A program made the position numbers and the translations under genes. From positions 3,038 through 67,037 of the forward strand of contig JAISGO010000038.1 of assembly GCA_031263025.1 (NCBI GenBank): DNA of 64,000 bases, given 5' to 3'. Below the pieces are notes generated by a model that did no database searches, was not told the DNA's origin, and worked only from the letters and a program-made list of their open reading frames with translations. Every line of letters starts with the position of its first letter. The first letter of the stretch is position 1. The DNA is from Coriobacteriales bacterium. GTDB taxonomy: Bacteria > Actinomycetota > Coriobacteriia > Coriobacteriales > UBA8131. This document shows, in pieces, positions 11,353 through 20,932 of the stretch.

Positions 11353-11960
11353 TTTTTATTAGCTACGCGTTTGTAGAAAACATCATCAACCAGCCCATAG
11401 GCCTTAGCCTCTTCGGCGGTCATGTAGTTGTCGCGCTCAGTGTCGCGATTGATCACCTCAAGCGGCTGGCCGGTAGCGTCGGCCAGGATCTGGTTGATGC
11501 GCGCGCGGGTCTTCTTGATTTCCTCAGCTACGATCTCGATCTCGGTCTGCTGGCCCTGGGCACCACCAGAGGGCTGGTGGATCAGGATGCAGGAATTGGG
11601 CAGGGCATAGCGCTTGCCCTTGGTACCGCCGGCCAAAAGCACCGCCCCCATACTAGCGGAAAGCCCCATCGAGATGGTGGAGACGTCGCACTTGATGAAG
11701 TTCATGGTGTCGAGGATGGCGAGCCCGGCCGTGACCGAACCGCCGGGCGAGTTGATGTAAAGCGAGATGTCCTTGTCCGGATCCTCGCTCTCTAGGTGCA
11801 AGAGCTCCGCGACCACTACGTTGGCCACGTTGTCGTCGACCTGTTCACCCAAAAAGATGATGCGGTCGTTGAGCAGGCGGCTATAGATGTCATAGGAGCG
11901 CTCCCCCTTGGGCGATTGCTCGATGACATAAGGAATCAATGCAGCATGGGTACTTTCCAT
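11349..11960 (-). CDS. clpP: ATP-dependent Clp protease proteolytic subunit
   Basis: GLSASMGA (Ser) and ILIHQPSGG (His) motifs. ATG 11960 follows AAAGGGGA. The Arg-rich N-terminal extension in the ORF track overlaps tig and is rejected. Confidence 0.9.
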   Translation of the reverse strand: MESTHAALIPYVIEQSPKGERSYDIYSRLLNDRIIFLGEQVDDNVANVVVAELLHLESEDPDKDISLYINSPGGSVTAGLAILDTMNFIKCDVSTISMGLSASMGAVLLAGGTKGKRYALPNSCILIHQPSGGAQGQQTEIEIVAEEIKKTRARINQILADATGQPLEVINRDTERDNYMTAEEAKAYGLVDDVFYKRVANKK

Positions 11961-12048
11961 GATAAGGTGACGTCCCCTTTCTTTGGTCGTCCCCGTCCTC
12001 GCTTGAAAGGCTCGGGAAAGGGCGCTAGGATCCTTTCCGCCGGGGTGA

Positions 12049-13230
12049 TTATTTATCCGAGGCCTTACTCGCCGCTGCTTTCTTGGCAGCCGGTTTCTTG
12101 GCTGCGGTCTTCTTCGGCGCAGGCTCCTTGTCAGCTTTATTGTCGGACTTCTTGGCAGCCTTTTTCTTTTCCGGAAGTTTACCGATGTCAAACACCTCAG
12201 CGGTATCGACCACGTGTTTGGTCGCTTTCATGCGCAGGATGCCCTGTTTGATCTCAGCCAGGTTGCCGCGCTTCTCCCAGTTAGCATAGCTCTGCTCCGG
12301 ATCCTCTGCGCCGGCCTTCTTGAACTCTTCTACCACTTCGGACTTAGTGGCCTTGAGTTTGGCCTGGCGGGCCACTGCATCGAGCGCAAGCTCTTCTTTG
12401 ACCTGGCGCAGGGCGCTGTCATGGGTTTGTTCTTTGTACTCGTCGGCGGTCTTGCCCAACTGCTCGAGATAGGAGTCATAGGTGATCTGGTTCTGGTTGA
12501 GCATGCGGTAGAGGTCTTGGAAGATACTGACCTCTTTCTGCTCGACCAGGGCCTTGGGCGGCTCTTGCTCGACCCGCTCGCCCAGGGCGATCACGGCTAG
12601 GTTCTCCTTAAGCTGGGGCAGGGTCTGGGAATTCTGGGCCTTGATGCTGTCAGCGACCCGCTCGCGCAACTCGTCCACGCTCTCGAACTCCAAGGTGTCC
12701 TTGACCCATTGGTCAGTCAACTCAGGGAGCTTCTTCTCCTTTTGCTCGCCTTTGTCGTCTTTGTCATAGACCGCATAGAACTGACGCAGACGGTCGATCT
12801 CCTTGTCGATGTCGGCCGCGCTGGGCTCGTCTGGTGGCAACTCGATCTGGACCGGCCCATAGTCCGGTAGCTCGATCTGTGGTACCACCTCGACCTTGAA
12901 GCCGAAATTGTAATCCTTACCCTCTTCGACCATCCCAGAATCATCGAACTTGGCCTGGTCGATCGCGATGTAATCGGCCCCGTCGACTGCTTGGGGGGCG
13001 TTGCCGTTGACGACCTCGTCAGTGGCCTTAGCCAAAAAATAGTCCTTGCCGCCATAGACGCGGTTGAGGACGGGACGCGGGGCGCGACCGGGGCGGAAAC
13101 CCGGGATGCGCACCTGGGCGGCCTCTTTGTAGACGGACTTGATGGCAGCGTCGACTTCAGCGGCGGGAACAGTGATCTTGAAGACGATTAGGTTGGCCTG
13201 ATCCTTATCAGGCGTATGAGTGACTTTCAC
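12049..13230 (-). CDS. tig: trigger factor with Lys/Ala-rich C-terminal tail
   Basis: N-domain GFRPGRAPR ribosome-binding motif; tig-clpP-clpX order. Confidence 0.9.
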   Translation of the reverse strand: MKVTHTPDKDQANLIVFKITVPAAEVDAAIKSVYKEAAQVRIPGFRPGRAPRPVLNRVYGGKDYFLAKATDEVVNGNAPQAVDGADYIAIDQAKFDDSGMVEEGKDYNFGFKVEVVPQIELPDYGPVQIELPPDEPSAADIDKEIDRLRQFYAVYDKDDKGEQKEKKLPELTDQWVKDTLEFESVDELRERVADSIKAQNSQTLPQLKENLAVIALGERVEQEPPKALVEQKEVSIFQDLYRMLNQNQITYDSYLEQLGKTADEYKEQTHDSALRQVKEELALDAVARQAKLKATKSEVVEEFKKAGAEDPEQSYANWEKRGNLAEIKQGILRMKATKHVVDTAEVFDIGKLPEKKKAAKKSDNKADKEPAPKKTAAKKPAAKKAAASKASDK

Positions 13231-13503
13231 AGATAGGAACCCTTATCAGAAACGGGGATAATACCCTCTTAATATAGCATATCGCCCAGGCCGGCTCTCC
13301 CTCGCCGTACCCCATCTGATCCGGTACAGGAAGCGTTTGCATCAGGTGCTAGCTCGGCAGGGCAAAACGATAACCGCGTTGGGAAGCAGACAAAGTGACG
13401 GCGGCTGTTGTCTCGTTAAGATGTTCTTGAAAAAAACCTGAAACGCAACTGAAAAGAATGTTATAATCCCTGCTAACAGCAAAAGGACAATCCGAGGTTC
13501 GAA

Positions 13504-15081
13504 ATGTATGATGACGCTAAGAGCATAAGTCATTTCTCGCGAGCAGCCCAGTTCGGGATTTGTTTGATGTTATCTTTCTTATTAGCTGTGAGCTTGTTGC
13601 AGCTCAACCTGCGTCCTGTTTATGCCCAAACCGGGTCCCCAGTCCTGTATCAGCTCCGGCAAGCAGACGATGGGGCGACCCCGCAGGTTCATAGCAAGGC
13701 TGACATCACGAACTATATCACGGCAAACAACATACAGGTCAACACCCCGGTAAGCTACGCGGTTAGCCCCTCACTTACACCGCCCTACGCGCCGGGCAGC
13801 CTTTCGGACACGACACAGCAGCAGGCGCTCAAGACGCTTAACCTTATGCGCTACATCGCGGGCATCGACCCGGTCTCGCTCGACGACTCCTATGAGGAGA
13901 CGGCACAGGCGGGCGCCATGGTCAACGCCATCAACGGTGTCATCAGCCATTTTCCCACGCGCCCCACTCAGCTCACTGATGATGCGCTCTGGAACCTTGC
14001 CTATACTGGCACTTCCTCGTCCAACCTAGGCCAGGGTTATCCCACCCTTGGTTCTGCCATCATCGATGGCTGGGTCAATGATGGCGACCCCTCCAATATC
14101 ACCATGATCGGCCATCGACGCTGGGTGCTCAACCCGACGATGGCGGCCACCGGCTTCGGCTATGCGGGAGACCAGTCTGCCATGTATTCTTTTGACAGTA
14201 ACCATGCACTTGACTACGCCGATGTCGCATGGCCAGCACGCACCATGCCCTTGGAGTATTTCGGAAATGACTACCCCTGGAGCGTTTCAACGAACACACG
14301 GGAAGACCTGACGCAAGTTAAGGTAAGCCTGGTGCGGCTTTCCGACGGGAAGACCTGGCACTTCTCACAGGCGAGCGCGGACGGCTATTTCAATGTCGAT
14401 AACCAGGGTTATGGTCAGCCGGGCTGTATCATTTTCCGCCCAAGTGGGGTGGACTATAAGATAGGCGACAACTTCAACGTAACCATTTCCGGGCTTTCGG
14501 GCGGTACGCTCTCTTATACTGTCGATTTCGTAAAGCTGGGAATCGGCACCCTTGACGGTCATTCAGTTGGCGTCGATCTTCCGTCTAATACCAGAATTCC
14601 GAACCCGAATCTGACCTGGACGGGCACGCAGATACGGCCGACCACGCTAGAAGCAGGTTCGACAGTTCTCCGGGCTGGCGTCGATTTCACGGCAAGCTAC
14701 AGTGATAACACCGCTATCGGCCGCGCTCGCATGGAGATCACCGGCATCGGCAATTATTCAGGCAGCGGAACTATCTTCTTCAATATCCTTCCTGCGACGC
14801 CGAAGATCAAAAGCCTAAAATCGGGCAAAAAGAAGCTCAAAGTCTCTGTTGCGGGGCTTTACAAAGGAGAAAAGCTCAGCGTATACCAGCTGCGTTATCG
14901 CATCAAGGGCAAAAAAGCCTGGACGAGCAAGACGATTTCCGCAAAAAGTCCGACCTATTGGTTGAAGAAACTCAAATCCCGCAAAGAATACCAAGTCGCA
15001 GTTCGCTGCTGGAAAGCAGTTTCCGGCATCAACTATTACAGCGCCTGGAGCGGGATCAAGGCAAGCAAGCGGATAGGCTAA
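13504..15081 (+). CDS. secreted CAP/SCP-domain protein with C-terminal Ig/FN3-like domains
   Basis: signal-peptide-like N-terminus ending VYAQ; GHRRWVLNP CAP motif; C-terminal LKSGKKKLKVS..YQLRYRIKGKK domain. Confidence 0.7.
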   Translation: MYDDAKSISHFSRAAQFGICLMLSFLLAVSLLQLNLRPVYAQTGSPVLYQLRQADDGATPQVHSKADITNYITANNIQVNTPVSYAVSPSLTPPYAPGSLSDTTQQQALKTLNLMRYIAGIDPVSLDDSYEETAQAGAMVNAINGVISHFPTRPTQLTDDALWNLAYTGTSSSNLGQGYPTLGSAIIDGWVNDGDPSNITMIGHRRWVLNPTMAATGFGYAGDQSAMYSFDSNHALDYADVAWPARTMPLEYFGNDYPWSVSTNTREDLTQVKVSLVRLSDGKTWHFSQASADGYFNVDNQGYGQPGCIIFRPSGVDYKIGDNFNVTISGLSGGTLSYTVDFVKLGIGTLDGHSVGVDLPSNTRIPNPNLTWTGTQIRPTTLEAGSTVLRAGVDFTASYSDNTAIGRARMEITGIGNYSGSGTIFFNILPATPKIKSLKSGKKKLKVSVAGLYKGEKLSVYQLRYRIKGKKAWTSKTISAKSPTYWLKKLKSRKEYQVAVRCWKAVSGINYYSAWSGIKASKRIG

Positions 15082-15136
15082 GACGAAAAAGGGCAAAGCT
15101 TGTTGTCCGCTAGGACCTGGCTCGTTTCCGAAAAGT

Positions 15137-15215
15137 AACGGGGACACTCTAAATCGCTTCGGACAGGCTCAGGCCTAAGTGAGCTTAGCTGGGGCGATTT
15201 AGAGTGTCCCCCGTT
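15137..15215. repeat. long hairpin of the GGGGACACTCTAAAT family between the CAP gene and gltX
   Basis: AACGGGGACACTCTAAATCGC (15137-15157) pairs with GCGATTTAGAGTGTCCCCCGTT (15194-15215), 1-nt bulge. Confidence 0.85.
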
Positions 15216-16624
15216 TAGTCGACCAACTGCAAGGCCCGCTCGATCCGGGTCAGCACCAGGACGCGGTCGAGCAGCGCGATCGACTCGTTCAGCGGCGGCG
15301 AAACCATGTTGCCGCAGACCGCCACCCTGAGCGGTTGCCAAAAGAGCTTCGGCTTTAATGCCAACTTGGCCAATGCATCGTCGAGGGCGGCGGTGATAGG
15401 CTCCAGGGTCCAGTCCGCACTGCCGAGGGCGGCAAGGGCGGCTTTCTGCGCCTCGAGCGCGTTTTTGGCCGCAGCGGCATTGGCGGCGGCATTGTCTCCC
15501 CCGCCGCCGCGCAGTACCTTTTGCACCGACCTCTCATCCATCGCCAAGTGGTCGCCGCTAAAGAAGTAAGCGAGCTTGGGGGCGGCTTCGGCGAGGGTGT
15601 CGATGCGCTCGCAGACGAGCGCATACATCGCCTCGTACCACTCGCGCCGGGCGCTCGGGTCGGGTAGCTGCCAATCCTCAGCGTCGGCCGCCTTGATCAG
15701 ATAGGGCCACCAGGCGTCGACAAAGGCAGACGCCCCCATCTGCTTGATATATTGTTGGTTGACCCAATTCAGTTTCTTAGCGTCGAAAGTGGCTGGGTTC
15801 TTGGAGACATGGTCGAGCTTGAACTTCGCCGCTAAGGTCTCGCGCGCAAACAATGTGGTCTTCCCATCCGGGGCCCAGCCAAGCAGAGCCAGGTAGTTCA
15901 CCATCGCCTCCGGTAGGTAGCCCTCACCGCGGTAGGCCTCGACGCTGGTCGCACCGTGGCGCTTGGAAAGGCGCTTGCCGTCATCGCCTAAGATCATCGA
16001 GAGGTGGGCAAACTCTGGGATACGATAGCCGAGCGCACGGTATAACACGATCTGCTTGGGCGTGTTGGAGAGGTGATCATCGCCGCGGATGACGTGACTG
16101 ATTAACATATTAGCATCGTCGACCACCACCGCGAAATGATAAATCGGCGAGCCGTCGGAACGTTTGATGATGAAGTCCTCGACCTGGTCGCGTTCGACCA
16201 CGATGTGCCCGAAGACCAAGTCGTCGAACTCGATGGTGCGCTCCGGCCAGGCCCGGCGCACATCGAAGCGCCAAGCCGCGCTGTCGCCCTCGGGGTAGAC
16301 CAGGCCGGCATCTTGGAGTTTCTTGAACTCGCGCTCATAGAGCTCAGCCCGCTCGGTCTGGAGGTAAGGGCCAAAGTCCCCCCGGCTGCTACCATCCAAG
16401 GTCGGTCCCTCATCCCAGTCAAGGCCGAGCCAGGCCAGAGAGCGCAGGATCTGCTGGGTGTTCTCCGGGGTCGAGCGCTGCGCGTCGGTGTCCTCGATGC
16501 GCAGGAGAAATTTACCCCCGTGGGCACGGGCGAAAGCCCAGTTGTATATTGCGGTACGGGCCCCTCCTACGTGCAAATAGCCGGTCGGCGAGGGCGCAAA
16601 ACGCACCCGAATCTGATCAGACAT
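15215..16624 (-). CDS. gltX: glutamate--tRNA ligase
   Basis: HIGH-type PSPTGYLHVGGARTA, KMSKS-type RLSKR; ATG 16624 after GGAGGA. Confidence 0.9.
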   Translation of the reverse strand: MSDQIRVRFAPSPTGYLHVGGARTAIYNWAFARAHGGKFLLRIEDTDAQRSTPENTQQILRSLAWLGLDWDEGPTLDGSSRGDFGPYLQTERAELYEREFKKLQDAGLVYPEGDSAAWRFDVRRAWPERTIEFDDLVFGHIVVERDQVEDFIIKRSDGSPIYHFAVVVDDANMLISHVIRGDDHLSNTPKQIVLYRALGYRIPEFAHLSMILGDDGKRLSKRHGATSVEAYRGEGYLPEAMVNYLALLGWAPDGKTTLFARETLAAKFKLDHVSKNPATFDAKKLNWVNQQYIKQMGASAFVDAWWPYLIKAADAEDWQLPDPSARREWYEAMYALVCERIDTLAEAAPKLAYFFSGDHLAMDERSVQKVLRGGGGDNAAANAAAAKNALEAQKAALAALGSADWTLEPITAALDDALAKLALKPKLFWQPLRVAVCGNMVSPPLNESIALLDRVLVLTRIERALQLVD

Positions 16625-16695
16625 GGTTTCCTCCAATTCTCACCCGTTTATTCTAACCCGCTTTGCGAACCACCTCAAAGGAGGTCAAACTTTTT

Positions 16696-16719
16696 AGGGA
16701 CACCCTATAGAGTGTCCCT
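16696..16719. repeat. short hairpin version of the same repeat family
   Basis: AGGGACACCCTATAGAGTGTCCCT between gltX start and GNAT stop. Confidence 0.7.
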
Positions 16720-16726
16720 GCCCCAA

Positions 16727-17305
16727 CTAGGCTGCTAGGGCACGGCCCACGATCAGGACCTCGTCCGAGCTGATGCCAGCCATGGCATGAGCCCCCCACT
16801 CGACCCTTTTTCTGCCGATCAGGGAAAAACCCTGGGCCAGGTAATTACGATAACTCGCTTGGTTAGGCTCAAGCATGCTACTGATGGCGTAGTCATAACC
16901 ACGCCGGGCTAATTCATCCAGCCGATAGCGGATCATCAGTGCTTGCAGGCCACGCCGCCGAAATCGCGGATGCACCAAGTCGCCGCCCAAACTGGCCCAG
17001 CGCCTACCGCGCATGATCGAATCGGCCACCGCACCCGCGCCCAACCATTCCCCAAGGACAGGCTCGAGGTTGAGCAGGCTGCGCGCCGCCACTTCTGTCC
17101 CCACCAGGCACGCCAGGCTAAGGCGCTCCCCCATCCCATGCAGCGTCGCCGTCTCAGCGTCCAGGTCGCGGCGGAAGCTGACCATGATTGGATTGTCTTT
17201 TTCAAGACCGAAGATTACTTCCTGGTCGAAGAGCTCGACTGCCGCCGCGAGCGCGCTGTCGCTCCCATCCACTACCACCAAGCGTGGGTCAAACGTATCG
17301 TCCAT
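16727..17305 (-). CDS. GNAT family N-acetyltransferase
   Basis: acetyl-CoA motif A HPRFRRRGLQALM; ATG 17305 lies 4 nt after the KAP gene stop (ORF-track start 17344 alternative). Confidence 0.7.
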   Translation of the reverse strand: MDDTFDPRLVVVDGSDSALAAAVELFDQEVIFGLEKDNPIMVSFRRDLDAETATLHGMGERLSLACLVGTEVAARSLLNLEPVLGEWLGAGAVADSIMRGRRWASLGGDLVHPRFRRRGLQALMIRYRLDELARRGYDYAISSMLEPNQASYRNYLAQGFSLIGRKRVEWGAHAMAGISSDEVLIVGRALAA

Positions 17306-17309
17306 GACC

Positions 17310-19373
17310 TTATTTCTCGGCGTAGACATAAGCTGGATAAGCAATGGTTTGCGGGTGGAGTTGCTGGCAAAGCTCGAGGAAGCGTTCTTCGATCTGGGCG
17401 CGCAGGGGTTTGTCGATGGCGACGCCGAAAAGCTCGAGATAGCTCTGGGCGTTGGTCATGGCATAGTCTTGATAGAGCAGCTCCGGGGCAATCGTGTCGT
17501 CCTGCTCGATCTGCACTTTCAGGCTTGTACCCTTAAAACCACAATCAGCTAAAACCTGCTTTAAGCCCGCCTCGTCATAGAGATAGAAAGGCTCTGGTTT
17601 GCTTGCCAAGTCGAAGCCGAACTCCTCCATGACCTGGGCCAGCACCTGGCGCATGGCCTGATAGGTGCCCTTACTGCTCTGCTCGACCAAGAGTTTGCCA
17701 CCGGCCTTGAGCGCCGCATAGGCCTTCATATAGAAGACCTGCCCGGCCCAATGCGCCCCGGTGGTAGAGAAGACCGCGTCGAATTTTTGATCGTAGGCCA
17801 GCTGGTCGATACGCAGCTGCTCAAGTTTGACCCGTTTATCATCGATATCCGGCGCCTCATCGAGGGCTTTCTGGAAGGCCTGCAATAGATTGACCTCCGC
17901 GCTCACCGCCGTCACCTGGATCTTTGGATAGCGGCGCAAAAGCTCTAGGGTAAGCTGGCCATCGGCCGGTGTCAAATGCAGGATCCGGCCCTTTTCCGGT
18001 AACTCATATTTGTCGAGCAGCACCCGACCATAGGCCACCGTGGTCTGTACGTTCTCGGCGTAATCCTGGGCTTTCATACCGACGTTATTGCCATAGTTGG
18101 TGTTGACAAAACCGGACAGCCCGAGCACCTGGCTAAAGAGGATGTTGCGGTCGTTCTCGAGACCTTGGTTGATCTCCATCAGGGCTTGCATGATCTGGTC
18201 GACCTGGCCTTTGAAGGGCGAATGGGAAAGCGCCTGGCGGTACAGCTCGGCCCAGTTGCGGCGCAGGTCAAGGGCAGCACTTTTCTTCTCCGGCGTCTGG
18301 GCCAGAGCGTCCAAGACCAGCTGGGTCGGATGCCAGAACTCCGGAAAACGGCAGAGTTGGAGCACGAAATCAGGGCAGACCACCTTGAGGGCGATCACCA
18401 ATGCATTGACCAGTTTCTGTTCCTCTGAGCCTTGGGCCAGGAAATCATGGTTGTAGTGATCTTGCAGGACGCAGAAGCGCAGCGAGGTCAAGAAGCGCTT
18501 GAGCTTACGTGGGTTGGAGCCCACGATCCCTGCGACCGCGTCGCAGAGCCGCTCCAGCAAGGTCGGGTCGGCCTTGTCCAGGTACCCGATATCGGCCAAG
18601 CCCCGGGTCAGCATCTGTTTGCTGCGTTCCACCTGCACTGGCACGATGTAGGAGAACTGGAACAGCTTGTCGAAGTAATCACGGTAGATATGTTCGTCGC
18701 CCAGCGCCCCCGCGCCGTACTTTTGGGCCAGGCCGCGCGCAACCACGTTGAAGTCGATCGCGATCACGAAGACACAGTGCTCGATGAAGAAGACGTTCTT
18801 GAGGATCTCCAGGATATCCACCGCCACCTTTGGTTCGAGCCGGTCGAGGTCGTCGACGAAGAAGACGAAGGTCTTGCCCCCACCGCGTTTGACCAGGTCG
18901 GCGACCGCCTGGCGCAGTTGCTCGGCGGTATTGGCGGAGCTAGCCAGCGAAGCAGTCACGTTCTCCCCGTCACCACCCTGGAGACTGGCCATCACCCCCG
19001 CCCCTTTGGCGAGGAAGTCGCGCAGGTTGTGGCTAATCTTGTCCTTCAACTTGTCCTGCAGGCCGCATTTCTGCATAATCGACTGTACCAGGGAGGCGAT
19101 GATCCTTTGGGTGCCCTGTTCGCTGTCGCCGCTTACAAAATACTCCCAGGAATCGAGGTCGATCTCTTGGATGTCAGGCTCTGCCGCCAGTTTCTCGGCG
19201 ACCAGGCGCATCAGCGAGGTCTTACCGGATCCCCACTCGCCCTGGATAGAGAGGGTGAAAGGGGTGTCGACCGAGACGATCAGGTCGGCCAAAGCCTGGG
19301 CGTCGGCAGCGATGCCCAGATTGTCGTCGGCGCTGTCACAGATTGGGATATCATGGGTATAAAGGCTGCTCAT
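17310..19373 (-). CDS. KAP-family P-loop NTPase fused to a class-I-methyltransferase-like C-terminal domain
   Basis: Walker A GEWGSGKTS and Walker B FVFFVDDLDR. C-terminal ~220 aa carries FDAVFSTTGAHW and LKAGGKLLVEQ, but motif I reads ILHLTPADGQ instead of GxGxG. Confidence 0.75.
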   Translation of the reverse strand: MSSLYTHDIPICDSADDNLGIAADAQALADLIVSVDTPFTLSIQGEWGSGKTSLMRLVAEKLAAEPDIQEIDLDSWEYFVSGDSEQGTQRIIASLVQSIMQKCGLQDKLKDKISHNLRDFLAKGAGVMASLQGGDGENVTASLASSANTAEQLRQAVADLVKRGGGKTFVFFVDDLDRLEPKVAVDILEILKNVFFIEHCVFVIAIDFNVVARGLAQKYGAGALGDEHIYRDYFDKLFQFSYIVPVQVERSKQMLTRGLADIGYLDKADPTLLERLCDAVAGIVGSNPRKLKRFLTSLRFCVLQDHYNHDFLAQGSEEQKLVNALVIALKVVCPDFVLQLCRFPEFWHPTQLVLDALAQTPEKKSAALDLRRNWAELYRQALSHSPFKGQVDQIMQALMEINQGLENDRNILFSQVLGLSGFVNTNYGNNVGMKAQDYAENVQTTVAYGRVLLDKYELPEKGRILHLTPADGQLTLELLRRYPKIQVTAVSAEVNLLQAFQKALDEAPDIDDKRVKLEQLRIDQLAYDQKFDAVFSTTGAHWAGQVFYMKAYAALKAGGKLLVEQSSKGTYQAMRQVLAQVMEEFGFDLASKPEPFYLYDEAGLKQVLADCGFKGTSLKVQIEQDDTIAPELLYQDYAMTNAQSYLELFGVAIDKPLRAQIEERFLELCQQLHPQTIAYPAYVYAEK

Positions 19374-19384
19374 GGCCTGCCTCC

Positions 19385-20926
19385 TTAGGCTTGCCCCTCG
19401 AAAGCGGCCGCCTCGGCGGTGATCATACTAGCTAGGCAGACCCCGTCGTGATAACCGCTGAAGACACTTTGTCCGCTGGCCCGCACGTGGCTGCCCACGA
19501 ACTCACCCCTCACACAGAAAAGCCCGGTCAGGGTGTTAAAACTACTGAGATGATCCTGTTGGTCGGCCGCGAAGGGCGGACGCAGGGCGAGGTTTTCGGT
19601 CTGGGGCTGTCTCACGAAACGCTGCGCCAGGTAGTCGGTGTCCGCGCATTCGCGTAGGAGCTGCTCCCATTCGCTTGCCCCATAGTCACGCCCGGCATAG
19701 ACCCCGGCCGAGGCGTAGCCCTCGCAGGGCTTGATGATCCAGCGCTCCCGATGTTCAGTCAAACGCTCCAAGCTGAGCTCGTCTTCGGACAGGCGCGCGG
19801 TCAGGGGCACGTGGCGGTGCACGAAGCGGCGCTCCGAGGGGGTCAAAAGCTCGAATGTCTCAGGCAGATGCAGAACCCTGAACATCATCTTGCTGTGCGC
19901 TACTTGACTGGCGAAATGGCCGACCAGGCAGACCCGGCGGGCCCTGACCGCCTCGACCAGGGCTTGCTCACCTTTGCCAGCGCTCGCGAGCCCGTCGGCG
20001 AACTCGCTAGTCACGCAGCGCCGATAGACCAGATCGAGCGGTCGCTCGATCGCCAGGGGATCTGCCGCTAGCGCCTCGGCGCTCGGCGCCACCCAGAGCT
20101 GTTCATCGTGATAGCGCAGCTGGCCGACATCAGCTACCAGACAGGGATAGCCAGCTTCCTCGAAGCGCTGGCGGAATTGCTCGAACTCGGCCACGGTGCC
20201 GCGCTCCAGGTAGTCGATGATGGCGATGCGCGGCTTAGCGGGATGGTCGTGGACGGAATGGTCGCAGGCCCCACCATCAGCGTCTACTCCCTGCTCAGCT
20301 CGGGCCTCATCGTGGCCATGGTCTGGGCTTAGTAGCTTTGACTCCAGGTAGCAGCGCAGGATACCCGCGATGAAAGGCTGGAAGAGCTCCTGGGCACAAA
20401 GTGGGGTCTCGCCGACGAAACGCCGGTAGGCCGCGCTCTCCACCAGAGCGGCCGCACACTCGCGGTCCTCGTTCATCGCGCTGGCCCCGTCGGTATTGAT
20501 CTCACAAAAACGGAAATCACGTTTGCGGTCGTCGTAGAAGATATCAAAACGTCCGACCGGGATAGTACAGTTGTAGGTCACCGGCAGACAGATCAGCTGC
20601 TCGATGGTATCGGAGAAACCGAATAGCTTGCGGTAGTCGGGATTATCAAGATACTCCCTGGTACACTTGTCCAGGATCTGCCACATCTGGTCGATGACCT
20701 GGGCAAAGTAGAGTCGGTCGGTCAGGTCGTAAATCTTGGGCAAAAAGCCCATCTCCACCGGCTCACCGTGATAGATCGCAGTGGAATGTTGGATCTGCTG
20801 GTAAAAACGCCGTTGCGAGGTCAAATCGCCGTCCAGCTGGTAGAAGATCTCCTGATAACGTTGTTCGAGAGTATACATGGCAAAATTGTAGCTGACTTGG
20901 GACTTAGCCTTAGCGGGGACACTCAA
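19385..20926 (-). CDS. glutathionylspermidine-synthase-like ATP-grasp amide ligase
   Basis: VGRFDIFYDD..DFRFCEINTDGASAMNED pattern recalled from GspS-type ATP-grasp proteins; start uncertain (TTG 20926 or ATG 20878). Confidence 0.6.
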   Translation of the reverse strand: MSVPAKAKSQVSYNFAMYTLEQRYQEIFYQLDGDLTSQRRFYQQIQHSTAIYHGEPVEMGFLPKIYDLTDRLYFAQVIDQMWQILDKCTREYLDNPDYRKLFGFSDTIEQLICLPVTYNCTIPVGRFDIFYDDRKRDFRFCEINTDGASAMNEDRECAAALVESAAYRRFVGETPLCAQELFQPFIAGILRCYLESKLLSPDHGHDEARAEQGVDADGGACDHSVHDHPAKPRIAIIDYLERGTVAEFEQFRQRFEEAGYPCLVADVGQLRYHDEQLWVAPSAEALAADPLAIERPLDLVYRRCVTSEFADGLASAGKGEQALVEAVRARRVCLVGHFASQVAHSKMMFRVLHLPETFELLTPSERRFVHRHVPLTARLSEDELSLERLTEHRERWIIKPCEGYASAGVYAGRDYGASEWEQLLRECADTDYLAQRFVRQPQTENLALRPPFAADQQDHLSSFNTLTGLFCVRGEFVGSHVRASGQSVFSGYHDGVCLASMITAEAAAFEGQA

Positions 20927-20932
20927 AATTGC

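Noticed and set aside
11961-12191. 77-codon N-terminal extension of the clpP ORF
   Set aside because: It is Arg-rich and overlaps the tig 3' end. Canonical ClpP homology and a good RBS begin at ATG 11960.
18432-19388. 318-aa plus-strand ORF antisense to the KAP NTPase gene
   Set aside because: It is a shadow ORF. The KAP frame has Walker A and B motifs.
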